From: Anaerolineales bacterium
GTDB lineage: Bacteria; Chloroflexota; Anaerolineae; Anaerolineales; DRMV01
Direction of reading: 5' to 3'
NCBI GenBank assembly: GCA_026985785.1
Contig: JALSPT010000136.1
Coordinates: 1 to 39,214, forward strand
Length of the DNA stretch: 39,214 nt
Part shown: positions 8,853 to 17,198 of the stretch, in pieces
Position numbering within the stretch: position 1 is the stretch's first letter
Layout: every line of letters starts with the position of its first letter
Program-made: the position numbers and the translations under genes
The notes under the pieces: model-generated
The model's input: the letters and a program-made list of their open reading frames with translations, nothing else
Database searches by the model: none
Told to the model about the DNA's origin: nothing

Positions 8853-10157
8853 TTACGCCGCCTTTTCTCCGGCGGAGGATGGCGGTTGCTCTGCCTCTGT
8901 CGAGGGTTGCTCGCTTTCGGCGGGCAGGCGGCGGACATGCACCCACAGGATGCGCCGCTGCTCTACTTTGCGGATGGTGAAAAGGAAATCGCCAATGCGG
9001 ACGCTTTCTCCTTCCGCAGGCATGTGGCCGAGGACGCTGAACAACAGGCCGCCGAGGGTGTCCACCTCATCGGTGGAGAGGTCGGTGTGCAGGTTTTCGT
9101 TGAGGTCATCCAGGTCCGCGCGCCCGCTGACAAGGTACTCATTGTCGTTCAGAGCACGAATTTCCGTGACTTCCTTGCCCAGGTCGTACTCATCCTGAAT
9201 CTCGCCGATGATTTCCTCGACGATGTCTTCCAGCGTCACCAACCCCGCGATGCCGCCGTATTCGTCCACCACCAACGCCATGTGCATCCGGCGGCGTTGC
9301 ATCTCGGCCAGCAGTTCGTCCACCTTTTTGGCTTCAGGCACGAAATAGGCCTCGCGCACCAGTTGGCGCAGGGTGCGCTTTTCCTCCAAACCAGCCCGCC
9401 AGATGGGCAACAGGTCTTTGGCGTACACCAGGCCGACGACGTGGTCGATTTTCCCCTCGTAAACCGGCAGGCGGGAAAAGCCGGTCTCGATGAAGATGTC
9501 GGTGGCGGCGTGCAGGGGGGTGTTGATTTCCACGGTCACCATGTCGATGCGGGGCACCATGATCTCGCGCACCAGGGTGTCGCCAAAGCGCACAATGGAG
9601 CGCAGCATGGCGCGCTCTTCCTGCTCCAGGCGGCCTTCTTGCAAATTGGCTTGGAGGATGGCTTGAAAGGTCTCGTCGTTGAGCAGCCAATCGGCTTCAC
9701 CGGGGCTGCTTAACCACCGCTGGAAGGGCGCAGCAAGGCGCACCAGGCGCTCAGCCCACGTCACAGCCCAGCGCACCGCGGCAGGTTTTCCCCGCAGCGC
9801 CGTATCCAGGAGCCACTCCGCCGCGCCCAGGATTACCGCGACGCCCACCAACACGCCGAGAAGGTCGCCCACTGGCAGCGGCCTTTTTCCCCCTACCTGT
9901 TGTAAAGCCAGGTAAAAGGCGCCCGCGGCAACGAAGAAGTGCGCGCCCAGCATCCCCGTCTGCACCAGCAAGCGCAAAGGGTCGCGCTGGCGAAGCAGGG
10001 TGATCAGCCGATGGAAAACTTCCCCATCGGTTTCGCGCAAACGGGTCAGGTCTTTGAGCGAAAGGCGCAATACACAAGCCCGCACGGCAACCAGCCACAA
10101 ATCTATCATTACCAGGCCGGCCACCGCGTACATGACCCATAAACTGTCTTCGTCCAT
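8853..10157 (-). CDS. HlyC/CorC family transporter (DUF21-CBS pair-CorC_HlyC)
   Basis: N-terminal TM DUF21 region, a CBS pair (IMVPRIDMVTV, FSRLPVY) and a C-terminal transporter-associated domain (GDFLFTIRKVEQRRI). Confidence 0.85.
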   Translation of the reverse strand: MDEDSLWVMYAVAGLVMIDLWLVAVRACVLRLSLKDLTRLRETDGEVFHRLITLLRQRDPLRLLVQTGMLGAHFFVAAGAFYLALQQVGGKRPLPVGDLLGVLVGVAVILGAAEWLLDTALRGKPAAVRWAVTWAERLVRLAAPFQRWLSSPGEADWLLNDETFQAILQANLQEGRLEQEERAMLRSIVRFGDTLVREIMVPRIDMVTVEINTPLHAATDIFIETGFSRLPVYEGKIDHVVGLVYAKDLLPIWRAGLEEKRTLRQLVREAYFVPEAKKVDELLAEMQRRRMHMALVVDEYGGIAGLVTLEDIVEEIIGEIQDEYDLGKEVTEIRALNDNEYLVSGRADLDDLNENLHTDLSTDEVDTLGGLLFSVLGHMPAEGESVRIGDFLFTIRKVEQRRILWVHVRRLPAESEQPSTEAEQPPSSAGEKAA

Positions 10158-10168
10158 AGTCCCTCAGT

Positions 10169-11533
10169 TCAAGCCGACTGGTGCGGCGGCTTGAGTTTGC
10201 GGATGACCCGCGCAGGCACGCCGACGGCAAGGGTGTAAGGCGGCACGTTTTTGGTCACCACCGCGCCGGCGCCGGTGCGAGCGCCTTCGCCAATCTCCAG
10301 GGGGGCAACCAGCATGGTATCGCTGCCGATGAACGCGCCTTTACCGATTTTGGTGGGGTGCTTGCGCTCGCCGTCGTAGTTGCAGGTGATGGTGCCCGCG
10401 CCGATGTTGACGCTTTCGCCGATGGTGGCATCGCCGATGTAAGAAAAGTGCCCCATCTTGACGCCCGGCCCCAAGTACGAATTTTTGACCTCGCCGAAGT
10501 TGCCCATGTGCACGCCTTCCGCCAGGTGCGCGCCCTTGCGCAGATGGCCGAAGGGGCCGATATCCACATGGTCTTCCAGCACGGCGTATTCTAACACCGA
10601 AGCGAACACCCGGCAGCCATTGCCGATTTGGGTATCCACAATGTAAGCATTGGGGCCGATTTCGCAATCTTCGCCGATTTCGGTGTTGCCGCGCAGGGTG
10701 CAGTCCGGCCACACCACGGTGTCGCGCCCGATGCGCACGGTAGGCTCGATGTAAGTGCGGGCGGGGTCGATGAGGGTGACGCCGTTTTCCATCAGGCGGC
10801 GGTTGATGCGCTGTTGCAGGGCCGCGGCGGCTTCGGCCAGGTGCACACGGGTGTTCACGCCAATGGCCTCGGTGGGGTCTTCCAGTCGCAGCGCCTGCAC
10901 GCTGTGCCCCTCGGCCACGGCCAGCCCCACCAAGTCGGTGAGGTAATACTCACCCTTGGCCGAAAGCGGCACCCGAGGCAACGCCTGCCACAGCCAATCG
11001 GCGTCGAAGCAATACGCACCGACGTTGAGTTCTCGGATGCGCTTCTGCTCGTCGGTGGCGTCGGCCTCTTCCACGATGGCCTGCACTCGCCCGTCAGGGA
11101 AGCGCACCACCCGCCCGAAGCCGCGCGGGTCGTCCACCTCCACGGTGAGCATGGTGATGGGGCCGTCGTGGGCCTGCTGGGCTTCCAGCAAACGGCGCAA
11201 GGTGTCGGCGGTTAGCAGGGGCATGTCGCCGTTGGATACCAGCACCCACCGAATGCCTTCCGGCACGGCGGCACGGGCGGCCTGCACCGCGTGGCCGGTG
11301 CCCAGGGGTGGGTCTTGCAGGGCAAAGGCAGCCTGGTCGGCAAAGGCGGCCTGCACTTGCTCGGCGGCGTGCCCCACCACCACGATGGGGCGGCGGCCTG
11401 TGGCCGTGGCGACAGCCTGGAGCGCATAGGCCAGCATGGGCTGCCCCAGCAGGGGGTGCAGCACTTTGGGTGTTTTGGATTTCATGCGGGTGCCTTTGCC
11501 GGCGGCTAAGAGGATGCCAATGGTGTCGGGCAT
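10169..11533 (-). CDS. glmU: Bifunctional UDP-N-acetylglucosamine pyrophosphorylase / glucosamine-1-phosphate N-acetyltransferase
   Basis: LLAAGKGTRMKS signature, a left-handed beta-helix hexapeptide C-terminal half, and SD AGGAG upstream. Confidence 0.95.
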   Translation of the reverse strand: MPDTIGILLAAGKGTRMKSKTPKVLHPLLGQPMLAYALQAVATATGRRPIVVVGHAAEQVQAAFADQAAFALQDPPLGTGHAVQAARAAVPEGIRWVLVSNGDMPLLTADTLRRLLEAQQAHDGPITMLTVEVDDPRGFGRVVRFPDGRVQAIVEEADATDEQKRIRELNVGAYCFDADWLWQALPRVPLSAKGEYYLTDLVGLAVAEGHSVQALRLEDPTEAIGVNTRVHLAEAAAALQQRINRRLMENGVTLIDPARTYIEPTVRIGRDTVVWPDCTLRGNTEIGEDCEIGPNAYIVDTQIGNGCRVFASVLEYAVLEDHVDIGPFGHLRKGAHLAEGVHMGNFGEVKNSYLGPGVKMGHFSYIGDATIGESVNIGAGTITCNYDGERKHPTKIGKGAFIGSDTMLVAPLEIGEGARTGAGAVVTKNVPPYTLAVGVPARVIRKLKPPHQSA

Positions 11534-11548
11534 AGAGAAACTCCTGGG

Positions 11549-11580
11549 TAGTCAGGTAGTCGGATAGTCGTTTAGTCGGG
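11549..11580. repeat. Four TAGTC motifs at exact 8-nt period (TAGTCAGG TAGTCGGA TAGTCGTT TAGTCGGG)
   Basis: TAGTC occurs at 11549, 11557, 11565 and 11573. The minus strand reads CCCGACTA AACGACTA TCCGACTA CCTGACTA immediately 5' of the glmU SD. The unit AACGACTA is shared with the uvrC array. Confidence 0.85.
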
Positions 11581-12957
11581 TTCGACCTGGACGATGGCGC
11601 GCGAGAGGGCAGGAAAGGCATCCAACAGGGCGCGTTGCAAGGCGTCGGCCTGGGCGTGGGCGCGTGAGAGGGGCCAGTCGGCGGGGAGCGTACAGCGGAC
11701 GGCGGCGGTGAGGTGCCCTCCACTGCGCCGCAGTTCGACCGCCAGCACTTGGCCGTCGCGGCAATGCTGGGCTACAAAGGCCCGGATTGCTTCCTCCAGC
11801 GAAGTATCGCCCGCTTCGCTGGGAAGCACTTGCTCCGGCAGGGGTTCCAGATGCACGACGACCTCCTGCAAAGCGGGGATGTCGGCGCGAGCGCGGGCGA
11901 TGAATTGTTGGGCTGCGGCGTGGGCTTCGCCCAAGGTGGGCTGGCCGGGGAACTCAAGGTGCATTTCAGCGGTGTAGCCGCCGGTGGGCAGGGCGTGGAT
12001 GTGGATTTCGTGGATACCCAGCCCCAGCCCATCGGCCAAACGGCGCAGGCGGGTGGTCAGTTCAGCCCACGGCGAGAGGGGCTGGTCGGGGCGGGCAGGT
12101 TCCACATGCGCCATCGCTTCGACCACCCCCGGCACTTGTTCGCGAATCCGGGTTTCCACCTCGTCGGCCAGGGCGTGCGCCTGGGTTGTGCCCATCCCGG
12201 CAGGCACGCGAATGTGCAGATCGACAAAGGCAGCCCCGGGTTTCCCGCGCGAGCGGATGTGGTGAGCGTCGACCACGCCGGGGACGCTCAAAGCCACCCG
12301 CGCGACCTGCTCGGCGTCCACCACCGAAGCATCGGTGAGGTATTGGGCGGCCTGTTTGAGCACTTCCCAGGCGGCGTGGACGATGAGGGCTGCCACGCCC
12401 AACGCCGCCAGCGGGTCGAGCCAGGCGTAGCCCAACCGCACGCCGATCAGGGAAATCACCACCGAGAGCGTCACCCACAGGTCGCTGCGAATGTGGGCGG
12501 CATCGGCCAGCAGCAGTTCGGAATTCCAGCGCCGCCCCTGACGGGTTTCCCACTGCACGACGAGCAGCGCCACTACAAAAGCCACCCCCATCAAATAGAG
12601 CGCCAGCGGCTCGACACCCGTTGCTCCTTCTCGCCAGTGTACGATGGCCTGATGAGCAATTTCGCCTGCTGCCAGCAGCATCAACACCCCGATGAACAGC
12701 GCGCCCAACGTTTCGAACCGCTGGTAGCCGTAGGGATGGCTGGCATCGGCCTTGCGGGCGGCAAAGCGCAGCATGAGCAGGCTGAGGAGGTTAGAAGCCG
12801 CATCCACCAGCGAGTGAAAGCCATCGGCCACCACGGAGAGCGCCCCGGCGCTGAGGCCGACGGCCAGTTTGAGCAGGCTGATGCCGATGTTGAAGGCCAG
12901 CACGCCCCACAGGGTGCGCTGGACGGCGGCGTAACGGTTGCTCTGGGTGCGGCTCAT
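11572..12957 (-). CDS. Cation diffusion facilitator (CDF) metal efflux transporter with three tandem C-terminal cytoplasmic domains
   Basis: ATG at 12957 overlaps the PBP stop as ATGA. TM2 DGFHSLVDA and TM5 HIRSDL metal-site motifs. Three successive ZT_dimer-like segments end in HVEP, HLEP and QVEP. Confidence 0.85.
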   Translation of the reverse strand: MSRTQSNRYAAVQRTLWGVLAFNIGISLLKLAVGLSAGALSVVADGFHSLVDAASNLLSLLMLRFAARKADASHPYGYQRFETLGALFIGVLMLLAAGEIAHQAIVHWREGATGVEPLALYLMGVAFVVALLVVQWETRQGRRWNSELLLADAAHIRSDLWVTLSVVISLIGVRLGYAWLDPLAALGVAALIVHAAWEVLKQAAQYLTDASVVDAEQVARVALSVPGVVDAHHIRSRGKPGAAFVDLHIRVPAGMGTTQAHALADEVETRIREQVPGVVEAMAHVEPARPDQPLSPWAELTTRLRRLADGLGLGIHEIHIHALPTGGYTAEMHLEFPGQPTLGEAHAAAQQFIARARADIPALQEVVVHLEPLPEQVLPSEAGDTSLEEAIRAFVAQHCRDGQVLAVELRRSGGHLTAAVRCTLPADWPLSRAHAQADALQRALLDAFPALSRAIVQVEPD

Positions 12958-15900
12958 GGGGTGGGGGTGGGGGTGGGGGTGAGCGTGGGAGGCGCGGTGG
13001 GCGATGGGGTAGGCGTGAGGCTCGGCATGGGCGTGAGGGTGGCGGTAGGCGTCGCCGTGGCCGTGGATGTAGGCGTCGGTGTGGAAGTCGGGGTAGCCGT
13101 GGGCGTGGGCGTCGGTGTGGAAGTCGAGGTAGCCGTGGGCGTGGGCGTCGCTGTGGGGGTGGGCGTCGGCAGGCTCAGATGGACGCGAATCTGGCGGATG
13201 GCGTAGTTTAGGTCGCCCTGGGTGCTGTGCATGTACATGCGCAGGATGACATCGCCCGGCATATGCTCCCAATCCCACATGTCAGGAATGTTCCAGGTGG
13301 CCACTTTGTCGGCTTTGGGCACGGGCTGGTCGCTGAAATAAATGCGGTGCCAGTGCTTTTCGTCGGGCGTGCGGGCTTCGATGCGGAAATCCTTGAAATA
13401 CTTGGTGGCGTCGGCCTGGACGACCATGTCCACTTCGGGCTCCGTGATCGTGCTGCCGTCGTGGGGGAAGACGAAGGCCAGCAGAGGGCGAGGGTCGGAG
13501 GCGGTGCATTGACGGTCGGGGGTGAAAATGACCGGGTTTTTGAAGCCCATCTTGTCGGCCCAGGCGCGCCCGGCTTTGCTGTGGCGCAACCACTTGCGCG
13601 CCCAAGGGTCGCTGACGTTGAGCGTGAGCCATTCGGTGGCGAACAGCCCTTTGGGATTGCAGGCTTTGGACTGGCCAAGTTGCGTCCAGGTGTCGATATG
13701 GGCGGGCTTCCAGAGATCGTCGGAAGGCGGCAACGGCGGTTGGTCGTAAGCGAAGATCTCGGTGCGCTGTTTGGGGCACCATTGGGAGGGCAAAGTGCCG
13801 GAAACCGCGCAGATGGTGTATTCCACGATGCCCGGCGGGCGCACGAAGGGGGTGGGGTGGCTGTGGGTGAGGTAGTGTTCGGCGTATTGCATGAAGGACG
13901 ACCAGATGGGGGCCGCACCGGTCAGGCCGGTGCTGTTGATCATCGGGCTGTTGTCGGCGTTGCCCACCCACACGCCCACCGCGATGTCGGGGGTGTAGCC
14001 CATCGTCCAGTTGTCACGGAAATCGTTGGTGGTGCCGGTCTTGGCCGCCGCGGGGAAGGGCAGGTGCAACGGCGAGTTGAGGCCGAATTCCCAGGCGCGC
14101 GCCTGGTTGTCGGAAAGGATGGAAGTGATGAGGTACGCGTGCTCAGGCCGCACCACTTGCACCCCCGCGGGCGGGGTGTATTCGTACACCGTCTTGCCGC
14201 GGTAATCCACGATGCGGGTGATGGCCACCGGCGGGACGCGCTTGCCGCCGTTGGCCAACACGGCATAGGCCGCGGTGTGCTCCAGCAGGGTGACCTCGCC
14301 GCCGCCTAAGGTGAGCGAAAGGCCGTAGTCCTTGCGGGTCAGGGTGGTGATGCCCAGCCGTTCGGCCATGCCGACCAGCCCGTCTTTCTGTGGGGTTTTG
14401 GGGTCGTCGTAGATGCCGACGAATTGCAAAGCCTTGACGGCGGGGATGTTGAACGAATTGGCCAGCGCGGTGCGGACGGTGACCGGCCCGTGGAAGAGGT
14501 GGTCGTAGTTCACCGGTTTGTAGGGCGGGCGGGGGTCGTTGGGGTTGCCGGAGGGCGGGAATTCGCTCGGCACGTCCCAAATCAGGGTGGCGGGCGTCCA
14601 GCCTTTTTCGAAGGCCGCGAGGTAAGTGTAGGGCTTGATGGACGAACCGGGTTGCCGCGGTGCTATGGCCATGTTGACCTGCCCGTGGATGGCTTCGTCG
14701 TAGAAATCTGCCGAGCCCACCATCGCCAAGATCTCGCCCGTGGTGGGGCGGATGGCCACCAGCGCGCCGTCGGTGACATGCTTCGCCGCCAGCGCCTTCA
14801 CCTGTTGGCCGACGATTTCCTGCGCTTTGGTCTGCAAGGTGGGGTCGAGGGTGGTGTAAACCGTAAAGCCGGAGCGGTAGATGGTCTGCGGGTCGTAGCG
14901 CTTTTCCAGCAGGGAGCGGATGTAGTTCACCCAATGGGGAAAACGTATTGGCACGCGCGGCGGCGGGAACTTGTAGTTTTCCATCTCGTCCCACGCGTGC
15001 ACGATGTCGTCTTGCCCCACGCAGATGGGATGGATGCTGTTGCTCACGGTGATGCAGCCCTGCTCCTGGCTGGTCTGGTACATCAGCGCCAACACCTGCT
15101 TGTAGCGCCGCATGGCGGCGGCGCGGTTGGTGTAGGGGTCGTACACCGCGGGCGCCTGCGGCAGGCCGGCCAGAAAAGCGGCTTGGGGGAGAGTCAGCTT
15201 GTCGGCGGTGGTGTGGAAGTAAGTTTCCGCCGCGGCTTCGACACCGTAGGCCAGGTTGCCGTAATACACCTCGTTGAGATACAGTTCCAGGATTTCGTCT
15301 TTGGAATAGCGGCGGGTGATTTCCATCGCCAAGATGGCTTCCCGCAGTTTGCGGCTGTAGGTGCGTTGTGCCCGTTCCTGTGGGGAAAGCAGCAGCGCGC
15401 GAGCGAGTTGCTGGGTGATGGTCGAAGCGCCGGAGACCACCTCGCCGGTGGTGTAATTTTGCCAGAAGGCGCGTGCAATGGCCCAGAAATCGACGCCGGG
15501 GTGTTCGTAGAAGTGCTTGTCTTCGGTGGCCAAGGTGGCCGCGACCATGTAGGGCGAGATTTTGCTCAGCGGGACGTACGTGCGCCGCCCGGCGTGGGGG
15601 TCGAGGATTTCGTAGAGCACGTTGCCGTTGCGGTCGAGGATGCGAGTGGTTTCGAAATGAGCGGCGCGGTTCTTCAAGTCGTCCACGTTGGGCAGTGTGG
15701 CGGCGATGCGGTAGTATTTGTACACCCCAAAGCCAGCGAGGGCGCTGGCGACCAAGATCAGCAGGACAGCGATTACCAGGACAAAGCGCCACGCACAGCC
15801 GAGGGAACGGCGCCAGAAAGGCATTCCTGGCGGCGCGGGCGGGGGAGCGCTGTCGCGAGGCGGGGTGGGAGGGATTGGAGGGCGCGGCGTGGTGCCCGAG

Positions 15901-16403
15901 CGCTGCAGGGGGCGGCTGGTATGCCCGCGCGGCAGCGGTAGGCCGTATTCATCCAGCGGGATGAAAAACGACTCGTCCTCAGGTGTTGAAGGCGCGCTTG
16001 CTTCCGCCGTCGTCGGGGAAGAGGAAGGCGTCTCCTCAGCGGAAGGCTGCAGGGGCTGAGCGGCAGTCTGTTCCTCGTCGCCGAGGGAAAGCGCCTCAGG
16101 CGCGGTGGCCTCAACGGAAGGCAGGGGTAAGGACGGCGGCGAGGCTTCCGCCGGTTGCGTTGGCGCGCTGGGCGGGGCGCTCTCAGCCTCCTCGTCGGCT
16201 GCGAATGCCGTCTCTTCGGGAGGGGACGACGCTTGCGGCGCAGCAGGCGCGTCTTCTTCCGCGCTTGAGGCGCGCGTCTCATCCAACCACGAGGCAGGCG
16301 GCAATGCCTCGGGTGGCAAAGGCTGGCTTTCACCAGAGGGGAAAGCGTTGGCCTCGGGTTCCCCCTCGGCCTGGGGCTGACGCTCTTTGTCGGTCAAAGA
16401 CAT
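12954..16403 (-). CDS. Class A penicillin-binding protein (transglycosylase/transpeptidase) with acidic Pro-rich N-terminal tail and PT-rich C-terminal tail
   Basis: GT51 motifs EDKHFYEHPG, GASTITQQLAR, RKLREA. Transpeptidase motifs SSIK, SFN, KTGTT. About 215-aa disordered cytoplasmic N-terminus, one TM helix, and about 75 aa of (T/S/A)P repeats at the C-terminus. Confidence 0.9.
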   Translation of the reverse strand: MSLTDKERQPQAEGEPEANAFPSGESQPLPPEALPPASWLDETRASSAEEDAPAAPQASSPPEETAFAADEEAESAPPSAPTQPAEASPPSLPLPSVEATAPEALSLGDEEQTAAQPLQPSAEETPSSSPTTAEASAPSTPEDESFFIPLDEYGLPLPRGHTSRPLQRSGTTPRPPIPPTPPRDSAPPPAPPGMPFWRRSLGCAWRFVLVIAVLLILVASALAGFGVYKYYRIAATLPNVDDLKNRAAHFETTRILDRNGNVLYEILDPHAGRRTYVPLSKISPYMVAATLATEDKHFYEHPGVDFWAIARAFWQNYTTGEVVSGASTITQQLARALLLSPQERAQRTYSRKLREAILAMEITRRYSKDEILELYLNEVYYGNLAYGVEAAAETYFHTTADKLTLPQAAFLAGLPQAPAVYDPYTNRAAAMRRYKQVLALMYQTSQEQGCITVSNSIHPICVGQDDIVHAWDEMENYKFPPPRVPIRFPHWVNYIRSLLEKRYDPQTIYRSGFTVYTTLDPTLQTKAQEIVGQQVKALAAKHVTDGALVAIRPTTGEILAMVGSADFYDEAIHGQVNMAIAPRQPGSSIKPYTYLAAFEKGWTPATLIWDVPSEFPPSGNPNDPRPPYKPVNYDHLFHGPVTVRTALANSFNIPAVKALQFVGIYDDPKTPQKDGLVGMAERLGITTLTRKDYGLSLTLGGGEVTLLEHTAAYAVLANGGKRVPPVAITRIVDYRGKTVYEYTPPAGVQVVRPEHAYLITSILSDNQARAWEFGLNSPLHLPFPAAAKTGTTNDFRDNWTMGYTPDIAVGVWVGNADNSPMINSTGLTGAAPIWSSFMQYAEHYLTHSHPTPFVRPPGIVEYTICAVSGTLPSQWCPKQRTEIFAYDQPPLPPSDDLWKPAHIDTWTQLGQSKACNPKGLFATEWLTLNVSDPWARKWLRHSKAGRAWADKMGFKNPVIFTPDRQCTASDPRPLLAFVFPHDGSTITEPEVDMVVQADATKYFKDFRIEARTPDEKHWHRIYFSDQPVPKADKVATWNIPDMWDWEHMPGDVILRMYMHSTQGDLNYAIRQIRVHLSLPTPTPTATPTPTATSTSTPTPTPTATPTSTPTPTSTATATPTATLTPMPSLTPTPSPTAPPTLTPTPTPTP

Positions 16404-16413
16404 CTCCTGTGCG

Positions 16414-16878
16414 CTACGCGGGGCGGCTGGCCATGATGACGGCCCACACCCCGCGCATCACGGTTTCGTCGCGCTGGTTGCGGACGCTGACTTTGATGTC
16501 CACCACACCACCACCCAGGCGGGGCGCGGGCTTCAGCCCCGTCACCTCCAACACGACGTGGACGGTGTCACCAATGAAGACCGGACGGGCGAATTTCCAT
16601 TCACGGATTTCGCGAAAGGCGATGGTGGTGCCTTCCAGAATGCCCGTTTGCGCAGCCAGACCGCTGGCCACGGCAGTGACCAACAGGCCGTGAGCAATGC
16701 GTTGGCCAAAAGGCGTGTTTTTGGCAAATTCGGCGTCGGTGTGCAACTGGTTGAAATCGCCAGAAAGGCCAGCAAAAGCCACAATGTCGGCTTCGGTGAT
16801 CGTACGCCCGGCGGTGACGATGCGCTGGCCGAGTGCGAAGTCTTCGAAATACATGCCGCGCGGCTGATAATTCGTCAT
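16414..16878 (-). CDS. MaoC family (R)-hydratase / hot-dog fold dehydratase
   Basis: ATG at 16878 with SD GGAAGGA. Contains SGDFNQLHTDAEFA and FGQRIAHG. Confidence 0.85.
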   Translation of the reverse strand: MTNYQPRGMYFEDFALGQRIVTAGRTITEADIVAFAGLSGDFNQLHTDAEFAKNTPFGQRIAHGLLVTAVASGLAAQTGILEGTTIAFREIREWKFARPVFIGDTVHVVLEVTGLKPAPRLGGGVVDIKVSVRNQRDETVMRGVWAVIMASRPA

Positions 16879-16946
16879 CTCATCCTTCCTCGGGAAATTT
16901 CGAAGTGGCGTAGGGTGCAAGCAAATGCCGTAGAAGCACTTTTCGG

Positions 16947-17073
16947 GATCTCACCCCTCCCCCGCCGCCTACGGCGGCCTCCCCCTCCCCTCCCTTCAGT
17001 AAGGGAGGGGAGGGGGAAGGCGGAGGCTGTCCTAACGAAGGACAAGCCTCCGCCAGGGGGTGGGGAGAGATCT
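16947..17073. repeat. Nested-hairpin repeat element, copy A (TIR plus 3 internal hairpins)
   Basis: Outer arms GATCTCACCCCTCCCCC and GGGGGTGGGGAGAGATC. A 17-bp polypyrimidine/polypurine hairpin (16980-17017). Hairpin GGCGGAGGCTGTCC..GGACAAGCCTCCGCC. A second copy lies at 30048-30170. Confidence 0.8.
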
Positions 17074-17101
17074 GGCCATACGATAGCCTTATCTACAACA
17101 T

Positions 17102-17131
17102 TTGAGTGCACCCAGTGGCCTACATTATAAT
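17102..17131 (+). promoter_or_regulatory. Candidate sigma-70 type promoter for lysS
   Basis: TTGAGT (17102-17107), an 18-nt spacer, then TATAAT (17126-17131). A second TATAAT lies at 17153-17158. This is a locally AT-rich patch about 70 nt upstream of the lysS ATG. Confidence 0.5.
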
Positions 17132-17198
17132 GCACATCTGCCCTGCCGATGATATAATCTGCCCGCGTGTAAACACATCATCCTGCACGAGGCCTGCC

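Noticed and set aside
12958-13200. Highly repetitive GGNGTN DNA that at first looked like a tandem repeat or CRISPR-like array.
   Set aside because: There are no constant-length direct repeats separated by unique spacers. It is the imperfect codon repeat encoding the (T/S/A)P-rich C-terminal tail of the PBP.
16875-17135. 86-aa minus-strand ORF (GRGGGGRRRRRGRG...) across repeat element A, and the tail of ORF 29688..30074 across element B.
   Set aside because: The peptide sequence is an artefact of translating polypurine/polypyrimidine hairpins. The two copies conserve base-pairing, not a reading frame.
17132-17198. Possible T-box, L-box or other riboswitch leader upstream of lysS.
   Set aside because: The leader from the candidate promoter to the ATG is only about 65 nt, with no specifier/antiterminator or lysine-riboswitch-like conserved segments.
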